Program-made: the position numbers and the translations under genes | NCBI RefSeq assembly: GCF_009914755.1 | Contig: NC_060946.1 | Source of the DNA: the human T2T-CHM13v2.0 reference genome, Homo sapiens | Length of the DNA stretch: 64,000 nt | Reading direction: 5' to 3' (one strand) | In this document: piece by piece, positions 32,609 through 54,420 of the stretch | How positions within the stretch are numbered: the first letter of the stretch is position 1 | Layout: the number at the start of each line of letters is the position of its first letter | The notes under the pieces: model-generated | The model's database searches: none | Told to the model about the DNA's origin: nothing | The model's input: only the letters and a program-made list of their open reading frames with translations

Positions 32609-34240
32609 TTAATGGGACTTTTTTGAAATTTTGCTTTTAGACCTGGGGAGTGATGGTTCAGAGTCAGATGTGCTCACAGTTATGGATGCTACATCCACTG
32701 ATCCTGGCTGAAGAGGTTCCAGCGACACTTGAATAGTAACTTTTGTTTCAGGAGGTAATCCTTCTAGTTGCTTAGGCTTCTTAAACATTTGATGACACTG
32801 GGTCTTGTGCTCCATTTTCTCCTTGAAAGTTAAAAACTGTAGCCGGCACTTGGAACACTGGTGTGCACTCTTTCCCCAGTGGCCCCTATAATGACACATG
32901 TATGGTGTTGCTGTTTTGAAAATTTTGAGACAAAAGGGACAAAGCAAATTCTTTGTGTTTTCATGGCACGTTCTAAAATGTGTTTCTACATCAGCAAAGA
33001 CCGACGATCTATAATGGCAAACCTGGCACACATAGGGCATTTCGCCAGGCTTATGATGGTCCTTCATGTGTTGTAAGAGGACCTGATCTGTTTCAAATGA
33101 CAATTCACAGATTTTACAGACAGTAGAGGGCTCCTGGGCAGTGTGGACATTTTCGATGTGACACTGTAGCTGGAAGGGAGTGGGAAACTGCCGGTGGCAG
33201 TGCTGGCAGGTGGTGTGGTTTTCCCAGCTGTCGTTCCTCTGCTTCTCAAATTCCAAATGATGCTTCACGTGATTCATAAACTTAACATTTTTTAGAACTT
33301 TCACGCAGCTGAGGCATTTAAAGGTGGTGTGAGTCTTCTGTTCCGGCTGCCCTTCTCCTTTATGCTGTCCATAGTAAAAGTCACTAAGTAACACAATGGG
33401 ATTTTCTTTCTTGGGATCAAAGGTCTTGTTTTGACTTGTTAGACTCAAAATGTCTGTTTTTGCCAATTCATTTGCCCTATCAAGATTTGTATTTATAGGC
33501 TTGAAATGGATATTGTCCTTTGGAAAAGCTGCTGGAAAAGGTGCTCCATTCTGAACATGGCTTAATGAGGTATGAACATTATTTGAGGGTGTACTTTGCT
33601 GAGTATTCATTGTATGAAAGGTATCTGAAGGGAATGAAGCTGAAGAATTTCCTTCTATAATTCCATCCCTGAGTTTAGCCCTTTTGGGATTTATGCTGTT
33701 TACTTCGAAAGTGGAAAGTTGCTTTGATACACGAGGACTTTCATTTATACCTCCTACTGAAAGTGCTGTACTTACTGGATGATGCAATGAATCTGTGAAT
33801 GTAATCAAAGGAGAAGGTAATTCTGAAGAGTTATTAGGCACAACTTGTGGTGAACTATTTCTATAATCAGGTTTAGACAAAGGCTCAATAATAATAGGAC
33901 TATCTGTTGATCTCGATTCAAGTTGGGAAGCTGGCAGGACGGTCACTGCTTCTGATGTAACGGTCTCATGACTTTTAGGCTGCAATTTGCGAGCAGTATC
34001 TTTTCTAAGGTGATCATACTTTTTTCTCCTTGACCATGAACCCGGGGTGACTCTGTTCAAAATGTTTGAAACGACTGGTTTTGAATTTGAAGTCACCCCA
34101 ACAAAGATTAGCTCAGCATCTTCATTTACATGTTCCACACCAACAAAGATGAGCTCAGCATCTTCGTCATCTACTTGTTTGGTTTCTTGTATGTTCTTCT
34201 GTGGTTCAGGCTCTTTCTCTTCCTCACATGATTGTTCCAT
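32609..34240 (-). CDS. ZNF280B: Zinc finger protein 280B, 543 aa, single coding exon
   Basis: Intact ORF starting [16 protein letters not shown]; [10 protein letters not shown] motif then C2H2-type fingers (e.g. [22 protein letters not shown]); splice acceptor TTAG/GTGGCAG at 34308, 68 nt before the ATG. Confidence 0.96.
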   Translation of the reverse strand: MEQSCEEEKEPEPQKNIQETKQVDDEDAELIFVGVEHVNEDAELIFVGVTSNSKPVVSNILNRVTPGSWSRRKKYDHLRKDTARKLQPKSHETVTSEAVTVLPASQLESRSTDSPIIIEPLSKPDYRNSSPQVVPNNSSELPSPLITFTDSLHHPVSTALSVGGINESPRVSKQLSTFEVNSINPKRAKLRDGIIEGNSSASFPSDTFHTMNTQQSTPSNNVHTSLSHVQNGAPFPAAFPKDNIHFKPINTNLDRANELAKTDILSLTSQNKTFDPKKENPIVLLSDFYYGQHKGEGQPEQKTHTTFKCLSCVKVLKNVKFMNHVKHHLEFEKQRNDSWENHTTCQHCHRQFPTPFQLQCHIENVHTAQEPSTVCKICELSFETDQVLLQHMKDHHKPGEMPYVCQVCHYRSSVFADVETHFRTCHENTKNLLCPFCLKIFKTATPYMCHYRGHWGKSAHQCSKCRLQFLTFKEKMEHKTQCHQMFKKPKQLEGLPPETKVTIQVSLEPLQPGSVDVASITVSTSDSEPSLPRSKSKISKKSH

Positions 34241-34949
34241 TTTCTAATTTTTTTATTCCTGAATGGTGGGGCCACAAGTCCCAATGCTTCCTTTATATAA
34301 ACTGCCACCTAAGTACAAACATACATCAGTAAGTACAGGAAAATGCATTACCTTATTTAATTTTCCTCCAAAACATTGTTTTTATAAACCACTATTTTAC
34401 CCACAAGGACACTGAGACTGAAAGAGGATAAATAACAGCTTAAAACCTGTGATAAAAGATCAGGTTCCTATGAATCTAGAATCATAACTTTGCTGTACTG
34501 ATTGTGCTCTATTCCATTTTAAAAAAAAAAACCTACCAGCAGCTAATCACTAGGCAAAATTATATGGAAAAGACACACATTTTTATGAGGGCATCATTGT
34601 GCAGTGTTTAGAAACATGGGCTTTGGAGTTGAAGAGTAAGCTGGAATCCTTAGTCTGCCACACACCAGATGCTTCCTCTTTAGCAAGTTTTTTACTTTTA
34701 AATGTATTTTGCTATCTTAAAGGCAAAAATTCTTATTTCTTAGACTTACAGTAATAGCTGGTTTTTTAAAAGCACCACCTATTCAATGGCAGCTTGATTT
34801 GTAGTGGAATTGGAAGAAAATTACAATAAATGAAAATATCTCAATTGATTCATATATAGTAATCTCATAAACATTAATATAGAAAAGAGGTATTAAATTT
34901 ATAGAGTTAGAGTACCTACACATAACCAACAAACAGCATAGCACAATGT

Positions 34950-36015
34950 CAATTGCCAGGCAGATAATCTCATCCCAACTCATGGCCTTAATTATAATCC
35001 ATTCAGTAATGCCTCCTAAATTTTCCCCTCCAGTTCTGACTTACCCACTGAACTTAAACACAACAGTGCTTCCTCCTCAATCTCTTCTCCACATAGCAAG
35101 CAGATTGATTGTGTTAAACAAAGTCAGACTATATCATTGTTCAGCTCAAAACCCTCAAACGGCTTTCTGATTAACTGAGAGTAAAAGACCAAGTATTACC
35201 AATGCCTAGAAGACTACACTACCAACCCCACATACTGCTCCTGCAGTTATCTCATACTACTCTCCACTATCCACTTCACTGTAGTCACACTAACCTCCTT
35301 GCTATTTATTTTAATTTTTTAAATTAAATTTTATTTTTTTGAGATGGAGTCCCGCTCTATCACCCAGGTATATATTTCAGCTCACTGCAACCTCCACCTT
35401 CCAGGTTCAAGTGATTCTTGTGCCTCAGCCTCCTGAGTAGCTGGGACTACAGGCATGCACCACCACACCCAGCTAATTTTTGTATTTTCAGTAGAGATCG
35501 GGTTTCACCATGTTGACCAGGCTGGTCTTGAATTCCTTATCTCAGGTGATCCACGTGCCTTGGCCTCCCAAAGTGCTAGGATTACAGGGGTGAGGAACTG
35601 CACCTGGCCCTCCCTGCTATTTCTTGAACATACTAAGCTCTTTTCCTTGCTCAAAGCCCTTGTTCCTTCCAATATGAATGATCATTTGGGTATCCGCATG
35701 GCTAGCTCCTCACTGCCCTTAGGGCTCTATTCCAAGTATCCCTCTCGGTGAGGTTCTCAAATATTCCAACCAACCTCTAACCCACATTCCTAATCTCTTT
35801 TCCCTTTTCTTTCATCCCCAAAGCCCTATCACCATTTAACATATTACGATCCTATTTATCTTGATTATTTTCTATTGTCCATCCAGTGGAACATAAAACT
35901 CAAAAGGGCAGGTATTCTATCTTTTGTTGACTGTTGTATGCCCAGCACAAAGAACAGTGTCTGGCACAGGACAGGTGCTCAACAAATACAGAATTTGTTA
36001 AATGAATCAATAAAT
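34950..36015 (+). mobile_element. L2 3' fragment with inserted Alu (35305-35609, minus)
   Basis: L2 end motif AACAGTGTCTGGCACAG...GTGCTCAACAAATA...AATGAATCAAT. Confidence 0.7.
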
Positions 36016-36267
36016 ATCGACTCTCCTTCATAAGATCCTTTATTTTTAAAGAAGATTATGCTCCATTAATTCCACATTTTCTATGAATTTACTCTGAGAA
36101 CTTTATCCATTGGAAATTCCGTAGGCCAATAAAGGACTTAAAGCTAGCTTTTTACAAATATTTGACCACAACCAATAGTTTAAAAAAAAAAAAGTTATAT
36201 GGAGTCCAATTACACAAGCACATACACATAAATAATAACTACCTTTACTACACAGGCTGCATTCTAA

Positions 36268-36519
<252 letters not shown>

Positions 36520-37161
36520 TGAACTCCTGACCTTGTGATTCACCAGCCTCGGCCTCCCAAAGTGCTGGGATTACAAGCATGAGCCATGGATTACAAGCCT
36601 GAGCTGTGCCCAGCCTCATTTTTCTTAAACTAACCACAGACCCACAAAATCAGTTAAGCCTCATCACTAGGTCACTACTAGTTGTTTCAAAAACTGGTCT
36701 AATGCTAGCAAAATGTACGCACTAGAAACCAAGGTTCATAACTCACCAATTTCTAAAAACATATCAAGATTCACTGTATCCCCATGTGGACCCTTCAAAT
36801 CAGCATAATCCAAAGCATAAAAATTAAATTGACATCTAATAAATGCCATGCACATTTGTTTTAATTTTAATTAGGATATCAGTATCTAATTTTGGAACAT
36901 ATAGACAATATTTATTCCTATAAATATGTGTATCACCTTGGAAGTGAATTTAAAAAGGAATACAATATTAAGTAAGCATTGTCAACTATATACAAACTGG
37001 TGTATCATGAATAGTGATTTACAACTTAATCAGTAGATATATAATGCCAGAAAAAATATAAGGCAGATATGAATACACTGCTCTCTGGAGTCAACTAAAA
37101 TTGGTTTAGTCTGTCTATATACAACTTCAATCGCCTAACTCCAGGATGATGTCACCTAGCC

Positions 37162-37345
37162 CAGTGTTTCCTAAGCATTACTGACATTTGGGACTAGATA
37201 ATTCTTTGCTGGGGGCTGTCGAGAGCACTGTAGGATGTTTAGCAGCATCTGTGATCTCTACCCACTAGAAACCAGCAGTAGTCCCCCAGGGTGGCAACTA
37301 AAAATGGCTCCAGGAATTACCAAATGTCCTGTGGGAAAACTCCTG
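37162..37345 (+). mobile_element. MER20 DNA transposon relic
   Basis: ACTGACATTTGGGACTAGATAATTCTTTGCTGGGGGCTGTC...GATGTTTAGCAGCATC...CTACCCACTAGA. Confidence 0.75.
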
Positions 37346-37840
37346 CCCAAATCCAATCTTCTCAGGATCACTTCCACATTTCCAGTAACTACCTTCTACA
37401 TAATTCTAAATGTATTTTCTAACATCCTCTCTAAAGAAAATATCTGGCCGGGCACGGTGGCTCATGCCTGTAATCCCAGCACTTTGGGAGGCCAAGGCAG
37501 TTGGATCACAAGGTTAGGAATTGGAGACCAGCCTGGCCAACATAGTGAAACCCTGTCTCTACTAAAAATACAAAAAATTAGCTGGGCCTGGTGGTGGACA
37601 CCTGTAATCCCAGCTACTTGGGAGGCTGAGGCAGGAGAATCGCTTGAATCCAGGAGGCGGAGGTTGCAGTAAGCCAAGACCACGTCATTGCACTCCAGTC
37701 CGGGTGACAGTGCGAGACTGCATCTCAAAAAAAAAAAAAGAAAATATTCTAATTCACAATCATTAATATTCTCCAATATCCTAAAAAATCAGACTATAAT
37801 CTGACAACATGGCCATTAGATTTATCTGAAGATTAATTAG

Positions 37841-38050
<210 letters not shown>

Positions 38051-38726
38051 TGATGGCCAGGATGGTCTTCATCTCCTGACCTCATGGTCTGCCTGCCTTG
38101 GCCTCCCAAAGTGCTGGGATTACAGGCGTAAGCCACCATGCCCGGCCAATCTGAAGATTAATTTTTAAAGCCCCCAGAAGTTTATGATTTACTAAAGTTA
38201 TATGGAGGGTTTGTAGACAGAGTTAGCACTAAGATGCCTAATTCCTGAATTCTGGTTTTGTGCTCTTTCTGCTAAAACTGACTTAGTGCACACTTATTTC
38301 TGATGATATTGCTGTTAACTGCTTAGTCTTTAAGAATTAAAGTGTCTCATTGGATTCATTTTTTCACTCTCTATTTTGTAAACCTGTTCAAACCTCCTCT
38401 ACCTCCCAGAAAATGTCAAAGTACCTTATAAGCCATTTTAAATAACTTTTAGAGCATCACTCATTCTACCTCTCATGTCCATTCCTATTAATGGCCCCCA
38501 GCCCAGGCCGCAACTTCTAGGTTTAGGTCCACCGGTTACTTCATTTTTGTACACTTGTACTAGACCCTAAATTGTTCTGTCTCTTTTCTCTGTCCTTCAA
38601 ATTATATAACACAACACCACAAGATGGATCTTAAAACACAACTGTAATTATATCACTCTTCTATCCCTAAGCGTTAAATGATTCCTCCAATTCTAGAGAA
38701 TATTTTAGGTATACATAATTTGTGTT

Positions 38727-39065
38727 ATGCTATGGGCTGAACTGTGTTCCCCCCACCCCCAAATTTGTATACTGAAGCTATAACCCCCAATGTGATGGTA
38801 TATAGAGATGGTGGCTTTGGGTAATAATCAGGTTAAGATGTATTCATGAGGATAGGGCCCTCATGATGTGATTGGCGCCCTTATAAGAGGAGATATCACA
38901 GACCTTGCTTCCTCTTTCTGTCATGTGAGAACACAGCAAGAAGGCTGTCATCCACCAGCCAGGAAGAGAGCCTTCACTAAGGAACCAAATCGTCCAGCAT
39001 CTTGATCTTGAACTTCCCAGCCTAAAAATGTGAGAAATGAATTCCTGTTGTTAATAAACCATCAA
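38727..39065 (+). mobile_element. MaLR MST-type LTR, antisense to ZNF280B
   Basis: TGCTATGGGCTGAACTGTGTTCCCC...GCCCTCATGATG...CATCTTGATCTTGAACTTCCCAGCCT. Confidence 0.8.
38904..39021 (-). other. ZNF280B: Candidate 118-nt non-coding 5'UTR exon of ZNF280B inside the MST LTR
   Basis: Acceptor TTCTCACATTTTTAG/GCTGGG and donor AAG/GTCTGT on the minus strand. Confidence 0.55.
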
Positions 39066-40653
39066 ACAAGTAAAGAAGAAAAACTTAAACTGGGTTCTAA
39101 TGACACTGCTGGACTTCCTAACCAGTTGCTCTTGGTTAGATTTTTGGCTGTTGTCCATACTGATTAACCCTCCATCCAACCATCAATCAAGGTGAAAAAG
39201 AGGAATAGAGCAAGGATCAGGAACAAAGCTAATAAGTTAATGAACAAGTTCATTAAGAACAAGAGTAGCATTAGACCATGAGAGTTTTCTTCTCCTCTAG
39301 ATGTCCAGAGACCCTTCTCTACAAATGTCCACCAATGGATGAATGAATGCTTATTTTCCAATTTGCCAGAATCTTGAGATACTGGGGTAGGGAGGTTAGA
39401 CATGCAAAGATATATCAGATCTAACAGGTTTGTCCTCAAAAATCAATTCTCACCTCCCATGATGGGAGAAGCCAATAGGAGGGCTTCAATTCCAAAGAAA
39501 GCTGAGAGATCAGTGGATGATAACCCACCTTCCAGATTATTTCTATGCATTCAAACAATGGCCCTTCTACTAGATCATTGTTTTTTGTTTTTTTTGAGAT
39601 GGAGTCTTGCTCTGTCACCCAGGCTGGAATGCAGTGGCGCAATCTCGGCCCACTGCAATCTCTGCCTCCCGGGTTCAAGCAGTTTTCCTGCCTGAGGAGC
39701 TGGGATTACAGGTGCGTGCCACCACGCCTGGCTAATTTTTGTATTTTTAGTAGAGATGGGGTTTCACCATGTTGGCCAGGCTGGTCTCAAACTCCTGACC
39801 TTGTGATCTGCCTGCGTCGGCCTCCCAAAGTGCTGGGATTACAGGCGTGAGCCACCGTGCCCAGCCTCTAGTAAACCATTGTTATAACCACACACGAGTT
39901 TTTAACCACACACATACTCTTCTGAGGAAAGGCTTCCCCAAACTATTGGTCCTTATGATGAGATCTGGCCATATATATTTTTCTTCTGAACCCCAGGATT
40001 GTGGGGCTGTCACATTTCCTCTAACAGTACACCTTAGGAGCTCCCAGACTTGAAGAAAATTGGCTGTTTCCCACATTTGAACATTTTCCACTTTTTCCCT
40101 CAGTCTACCTTTTTGAATTGATTTCTGACTACTTCTAGATAACCTTTTTCCATTAATGAATATTGAGTGCTTATTGTGTGCCAGGCACTGCTTTAGGCAC
40201 TTGAGAGAAATCGGTAAACATTAACAGACAGAAATGAACAACAAAAACAAACTATTTCAACAGAAGGAACTAACAAACAGTCCAGTGGAGGAAGAAAGAT
40301 AGTAAGTATAATAAAAATGCAAATTCTCTGGTGAACTGGAAGATGACGTTATAGAATTAGGAAAAAAATAATAGAGCAGGCTTAGAAGTTGAGGAGGTAT
40401 AAGAGAATTGTAATTTTACGTAGTGTAGTCAGAGTAAGTCTCATGGAGAAGGTAAATTTGGACATACACTTGAAGGGGATAAAAGGTCAGAGAGGTAGCA
40501 AGAGTGGAAATAGTAGTAAGGATCTGTAAATTCTTCATTTTTCTCTCAGTTTAGTCTGTGGCAACTGTCATGTCTTTTGATAAGGAACGACCTTGGTTTA
40601 ATAGTTACTCCCCTCCTAGACTCTCAGGCTAGATTTTTTTTTTTTTTAATTGA

Positions 40654-41037
<384 letters not shown>

Positions 41038-41616
41038 TGAGATGCTTGTGCCTCAGCCTCCTGAGCAGCTGGGACTATAGGTGTGCGCCACCATGCCTGG
41101 TTAATTTTTTGTATTTTTATTAGAGATGGGGTTTCCCCATGTTGTCCACACTGGTCTCGAACTCCTGACCTCAAGTGATCCACCCACCTTGGCCTCCAAA
41201 AGTGCTGGGATTACAGGCGTGAGCCACTGTACCTGGCCTCTCAGGCTAGTTTCAACCCTATTTTACACTCCTCTACCATCCTCAGCTTACTTTTGAAAAA
41301 GTATTTATTAAAAAATATTTATGAAAAAGTTATTTTTGTTTTATTTAGTTGCCCTGGGATGGAATACAAATGTTTGCTGTAGTTTTAAGGATCCTATAAA
41401 ACTCCCATTTACTGCAAGGATCTCTGTTTAATGGGCATTCAATTCTAAGATAGCAAACGTGTAGAGTTATTTGTGGGGGTGGGGGACAAGTTTGAGAAAG
41501 AAGCAGTGGGGTGAAGAAAGTGATAGGCAAGGGAAGATGGTGGGGATAGGTACCATAGGAGTCCTGGTGGCCTAAAATCTAATCACAGAAGTTACTCAAG
41601 TGGGACTGATGCCTGA

Positions 41617-41971
<355 letters not shown>

Positions 41972-42044
41972 TAAGCAACAGAGAAAATCAGTCATTTTTC
42001 CCCTTTTCCTTCCCTTCCTCCTATGAGCAGAATCTTGGTCTCCA

Positions 42045-42094
<50 letters not shown>

Positions 42095-42479
42095 CAGGCA
42101 CAGTGGCTCACACCTGTAATCCCAGCACTTTGGGAGGCCGAGGTAGGCAGATAACCTGAGGTCAGGAGTTCGAGACCAGCCTGACCAACATGGTGAAACT
42201 CCATCTCTACTAAAAACACAAAAATTTGCCGGGAGTGGTGGTGGGCGCCTGTAATCCCAGCTACTTGGTAGGCTGAGGCAAGAGAATCAATTGAACCCGG
42301 GAGGCGGAGGTTACAAAGGAGATTTGACAGGGTGGCAGTTCAAACTAAAAGTGGTCTGATAGTTCAGAGTCAAGTTTCTTCACTAAAGCTGAGTTTTTAA
42401 AGGGCTTGAAGAATGATGTAAAGAGGGGTTGTGGAGGACCACAAAAAAAGACAACTAAAAAAAGGCATAACAAAGTCAA

Positions 42480-48245
<5,766 letters not shown>

Positions 48246-48996
48246 GAAAAACAAATGCCTAGTAACAGGCTGGTATAACCCCCCATCTCCCAACAACTGC
48301 TGCTAAATTTTCAAAGCACCATTAAGCAGACTCAATTCGTAGCAAGGATAATGGAACAATGCAAGCTCATCTAGCGAACAAAAAGAATTAAGCTAGTATC
48401 AGGTGGTCAATTTACAAACTGTAGTGGGAGTCATACATTCCCAAGGATGGAACAGTTATATCTCCTTGCAGAGTGAACTCTTCTCCGATACCAAGGACTT
48501 GGAAGACCAAATAAATTATACGTAGGATTACCAAATATGCTGGTATGACCAAGACAGTTATAGTTTAAACTTCTATCTCTGTGGAATTATGGATAGTGCC
48601 ACTCTTCAATCTTTAATAAGTCCTTCAGTTTAGATGATAAATTACATAGTCAACCTAGTTATAAGGAATCTAGAGGTTGTGAAAAGCTGTGAGAGCATAT
48701 TCTATGCAGACCACATAGGTCCTATCATGACTCCCTATGTAACTTGGGTCTCTGCGACTGGGAAGCTCCCAGGGAAAAAACCCCAGTTAAGACTTCTGCA
48801 GAGCATTCACATTTTGTTTCAAACTTATACAACACTAATGCTAAAGCTCAACTCTCAGAATTGTATTATTCAGTATTATCCAAATAACTGATTAATTTAC
48901 ACACTGAAGGGAAAGAACAAGGAATGGACCTAAACACACTTGTAGTTTACAAGTATAAGAAGCTAACAAAGAATAAGATTAAAATAACTTGTGCCA

Positions 48997-51650
<2,654 letters not shown>

Positions 51651-51702
51651 CAGGACAATGCTTTGAGATCCTATGGAAAAGGGTTAAATGGTGGATAAAT
51701 GG

Positions 51703-52208
51703 TTGCGGTGGCCATCCTCCAAGATGGCCCTAAATGAATCCCACTTCCTGGAATTCACATAGTTGTAGCCCTCTCCCACTAACAGGGTTGGCCTGTGGGA
51801 TCAAGCACATACAGCAGGAAGTGATGGTATGCCACTTCAGAAATTAGGTCATAAAGACTCTGCCCTTCATCTTGGGTACAAGGTCTCTTGAATCATTTGC
51901 TCTGAAGTAAGCCAGCTGCTGTGACATGAACAGCCCCATGGAGAGGCCCACAGAGCAAGGAACTGAGGCCTCTTGCCAACAGCCCAGTGAGTGAGCTTAG
52001 AGGCAGATGATCCAAACCAAGTCAATTCCGCAGAGACTGACAATCCAGCCAAGGGTTTCACTGAAACCTCATGAGTGACCTTGAGCCAGAAACAGCCAGC
52101 TAAGCCACTCTTGGATTCCAGACCTTCAAAAACTATGAGGTAATAAATTTTTTTTTAAACTACTAAGTTTTGAGACAATTTGTTACACGGCAATAGATAA
52201 CTAATACA
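51703..52208 (+). mobile_element. MLT1-type (MLT1F-like) LTR
   Basis: CCTCCAAGATGGCCC...CCCCATGGAGAGGCCCAC...GCAATAGATAACTAATACA. Confidence 0.75.
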
Positions 52209-52949
52209 ATGGGTCTCACTGAGCTGTAATCACAAATTGCTGGGCACACAATTCACTATAATCTCACCTACTGGCATGCAATGACTTCAGATGACCTCCC
52301 CTGTCCTGCTGCATGCAGTTACCTCATGAAATACAGTCGCTGAGAAAGAGGGTAGGATAAAAGGAGTCAGCTTTATATAACTTAACATCCCTGATGCTCT
52401 TTTTTTTTTTTTCAAGAGATGTGGTAAAAGAATGCCACTACCACCCTCTCCTTTCTCAACAAAGCAATTTAGAGGGTTCCCGAATGACCTACATCAACAA
52501 TTGGCCTGAACTAATCAAACACATCATTCAGATTCCCTCAGTAAAATATTGAATACCAAACAGCTATGTTTCAGCAAAGGAAAGGGCAGGGGAGCGAAAC
52601 TGAAGGACGAAAATACAACTTTGGTCCTCATCAGGGAGACTTCTCTTTTCTTACCTCAGGTTTATTACAACGCAACTTTTAAGAACTTGAGCTATTCCAG
52701 GCAGAAGGTCACATCCTTGAGGTAACCAGAGAGAAGCATTAGTTACTTACATGTCACAAGAATATTTTCGATCCCACTGCCTGACATTGCCATTTAGGTG
52801 TTTATCAATCATCTCACACTTAACCAGATAAGTGAACTGAACTCCTTTCCCCCAGATCTGTTCCTCCAATCTACCCTACCTTAGCAAAGGAAAACGTCCC
52901 ACCCGCCAACTGCCCAAATCAAAAGCCTGCAAATCACCCGAGGTCCTGG

Positions 52950-53760
52950 CTCTCACGGGAGGGACTCCATTAGGGTCCCAGGGGCTGCATTAAGAGTCCC
53001 GACAGCGACGCAGTAAATGAGACAAGACGCTGCGGTAGGGGAGAGAGACCCATACATTCAAATGCCTTAAGGGGTCTGGGCCTACAGGTCTCCAGAACTG
53101 GGGAGGGCCTGGGGTTACAAAGCAGTTTTCAGATTTTTAAATACATTGAGCGCCAAAAGAGACCCCGCGGGGGCGATGGGGGAGGGGAGCGCACTGGGAG
53201 CCAGGAAAGGCCCCTTCTCCAGGAGGCCCGGGCCCAGCCCGGGGGTGGGGGCGTCTGCGTGAGGGAGTGGAGGCTGATGTAAAAGTGGCGCCCGCTGAGA
53301 TTAGGGAAGGGGGTGTGCGTGAGGGGATCGTGGGACCTGCTTCTGCCCTGCACTCCCCCACAGAAAGCGGCTGTATTGCAAAGGCCGCTCCGGCAGCGCA
53401 CGGCCAAGCGCGGTGTCGCGACCCGCAGGGCTGCGGCTCGCCATGAAATCCCTCAAGTCTCCCCTCAGGGAACGCTGAAGCCGCGCCACGCCCCCGTCCT
53501 TACCAGTCCGGATCAGCTGCTGTTCGCGAGCTGCCGGCCACGCACCAGCCCCGGAGGCGCTCCCGGGGCACAGCCGGCGGCGACTACGCCTCCTCAGGCC
53601 CCCGGCGCCGCCGACGCGCACGCCTCCACACGCGCGCGTCCAGTGGAGACCTGCGATTGGCTGCCAGGTGCCGGCGCGAGATCGGCGCGGCTCCGAGCTA
53701 GGAGCATGCGCGCGCTCTGACGCCCCTGGTGGCGACGGCTGGACGCGGGGTTAAATTGAG
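52950..53760 (-). promoter_or_regulatory. ZNF280B: CpG-island promoter and non-coding exon 1 of ZNF280B
   Basis: The only non-repeat CpG-dense tract in the window. Donor CTG/GTAAGG at 53504/53503 (minus); CCAAT on minus at 53656-53660; NRF1-like GCATGCGC at 53704-53711. A further strong donor GAG/GTAAGA at 52655 suggests a short exon 2. Confidence 0.8.
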
Positions 53761-53824
53761 AAGGAGGAGGGCAGCAGCAATACCCCTGAGGCCTTGAAAG
53801 GATCTTGGGTTCCGGATCACGGTT

Positions 53825-53949
53825 CCAGGCAGTCAGGGTTCCAGAGCTGAGGGGGTATCCAAGCAGTCAGGGTTCCAGAGCTGAGGAGCATCCAGGCAGT
53901 CAGGGTTCCAGAGCTGAGGGGCACCCAGGCAGTCAGGGTTCCAGAGCTG
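53825..53949. repeat. 33-34 bp minisatellite, ~3.8 copies
   Basis: Unit CCAGGCAGTCAGGGTTCCAGAGCTGAGGNNNAY starting at 53825, 53859, 53892 and 53925. Confidence 0.95.
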
Positions 53950-54122
53950 TCGCAGCCAGGGCTTGGGGTGGGGGGTAGGCTTCCAGTCCATCAGGGGATG
54001 GTTTGCCCACCAGAAGGCCAGCTGTTATAATTCTCAGGTGTGGTCCCTTTGTTGACTATCCATGCTTAAGGGATTGTGAGGAAACAACTGAACCTAACAT
54101 CTGTCCTCTTCTAGTTACATCT

Positions 54123-54420
54123 GGGGCCAGTTGAATCCAGCCTGCCACCTGTTTTTGTACAGCTGGCAGCAAGCTAAGAACCGATTTCACGTTTTTTTAA
54201 TGGCTAAAAAGAGAATATTTTGTGGCATGTGAAAATTATATGAAATTCAAAATTCAGTGTCCATAAATAAAGTTTTATTGGAACAACAAACATGCCCATT
54301 CCTTTCGGTATTATTTATGCCTGTTTTCCTGCTTCAACAGCAAAGTTGATTAATTGCCAGAGACCATGTATGAAAAGCTTAAAATATTTACTGTCTGGCC
54401 CTTTACAGAAAGTTTGCCCA
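54123..54420 (+). mobile_element. MER58B-like hAT relic
   Basis: GCCTGCCACCTGTTTTTGTA...AAATAAAGTTTTATTGGAACA...ATATTTACTGTCTGGCCCTTTACAGAAAGTTTGCC. Confidence 0.75.

Noticed and set aside
32861-34247. Antisense and alternate-frame ORFs overlapping ZNF280B, mirrored in ZNF280A
   Set aside because: Their similarity between loci follows from paralogy and conversion of the real CDS; there is no independent coding signal.
53129-53720. Overlapping 74-135 aa ORFs in the CpG island
   Set aside because: Expected from stop-codon scarcity in GC-rich DNA; low-complexity R/A/P/G products with no domain.
53825-53949. CRISPR-like repeat-spacer array
   Set aside because: Eukaryotic context, variable parts only 8-9 nt and related to each other, and no cas genes; it is a minisatellite.
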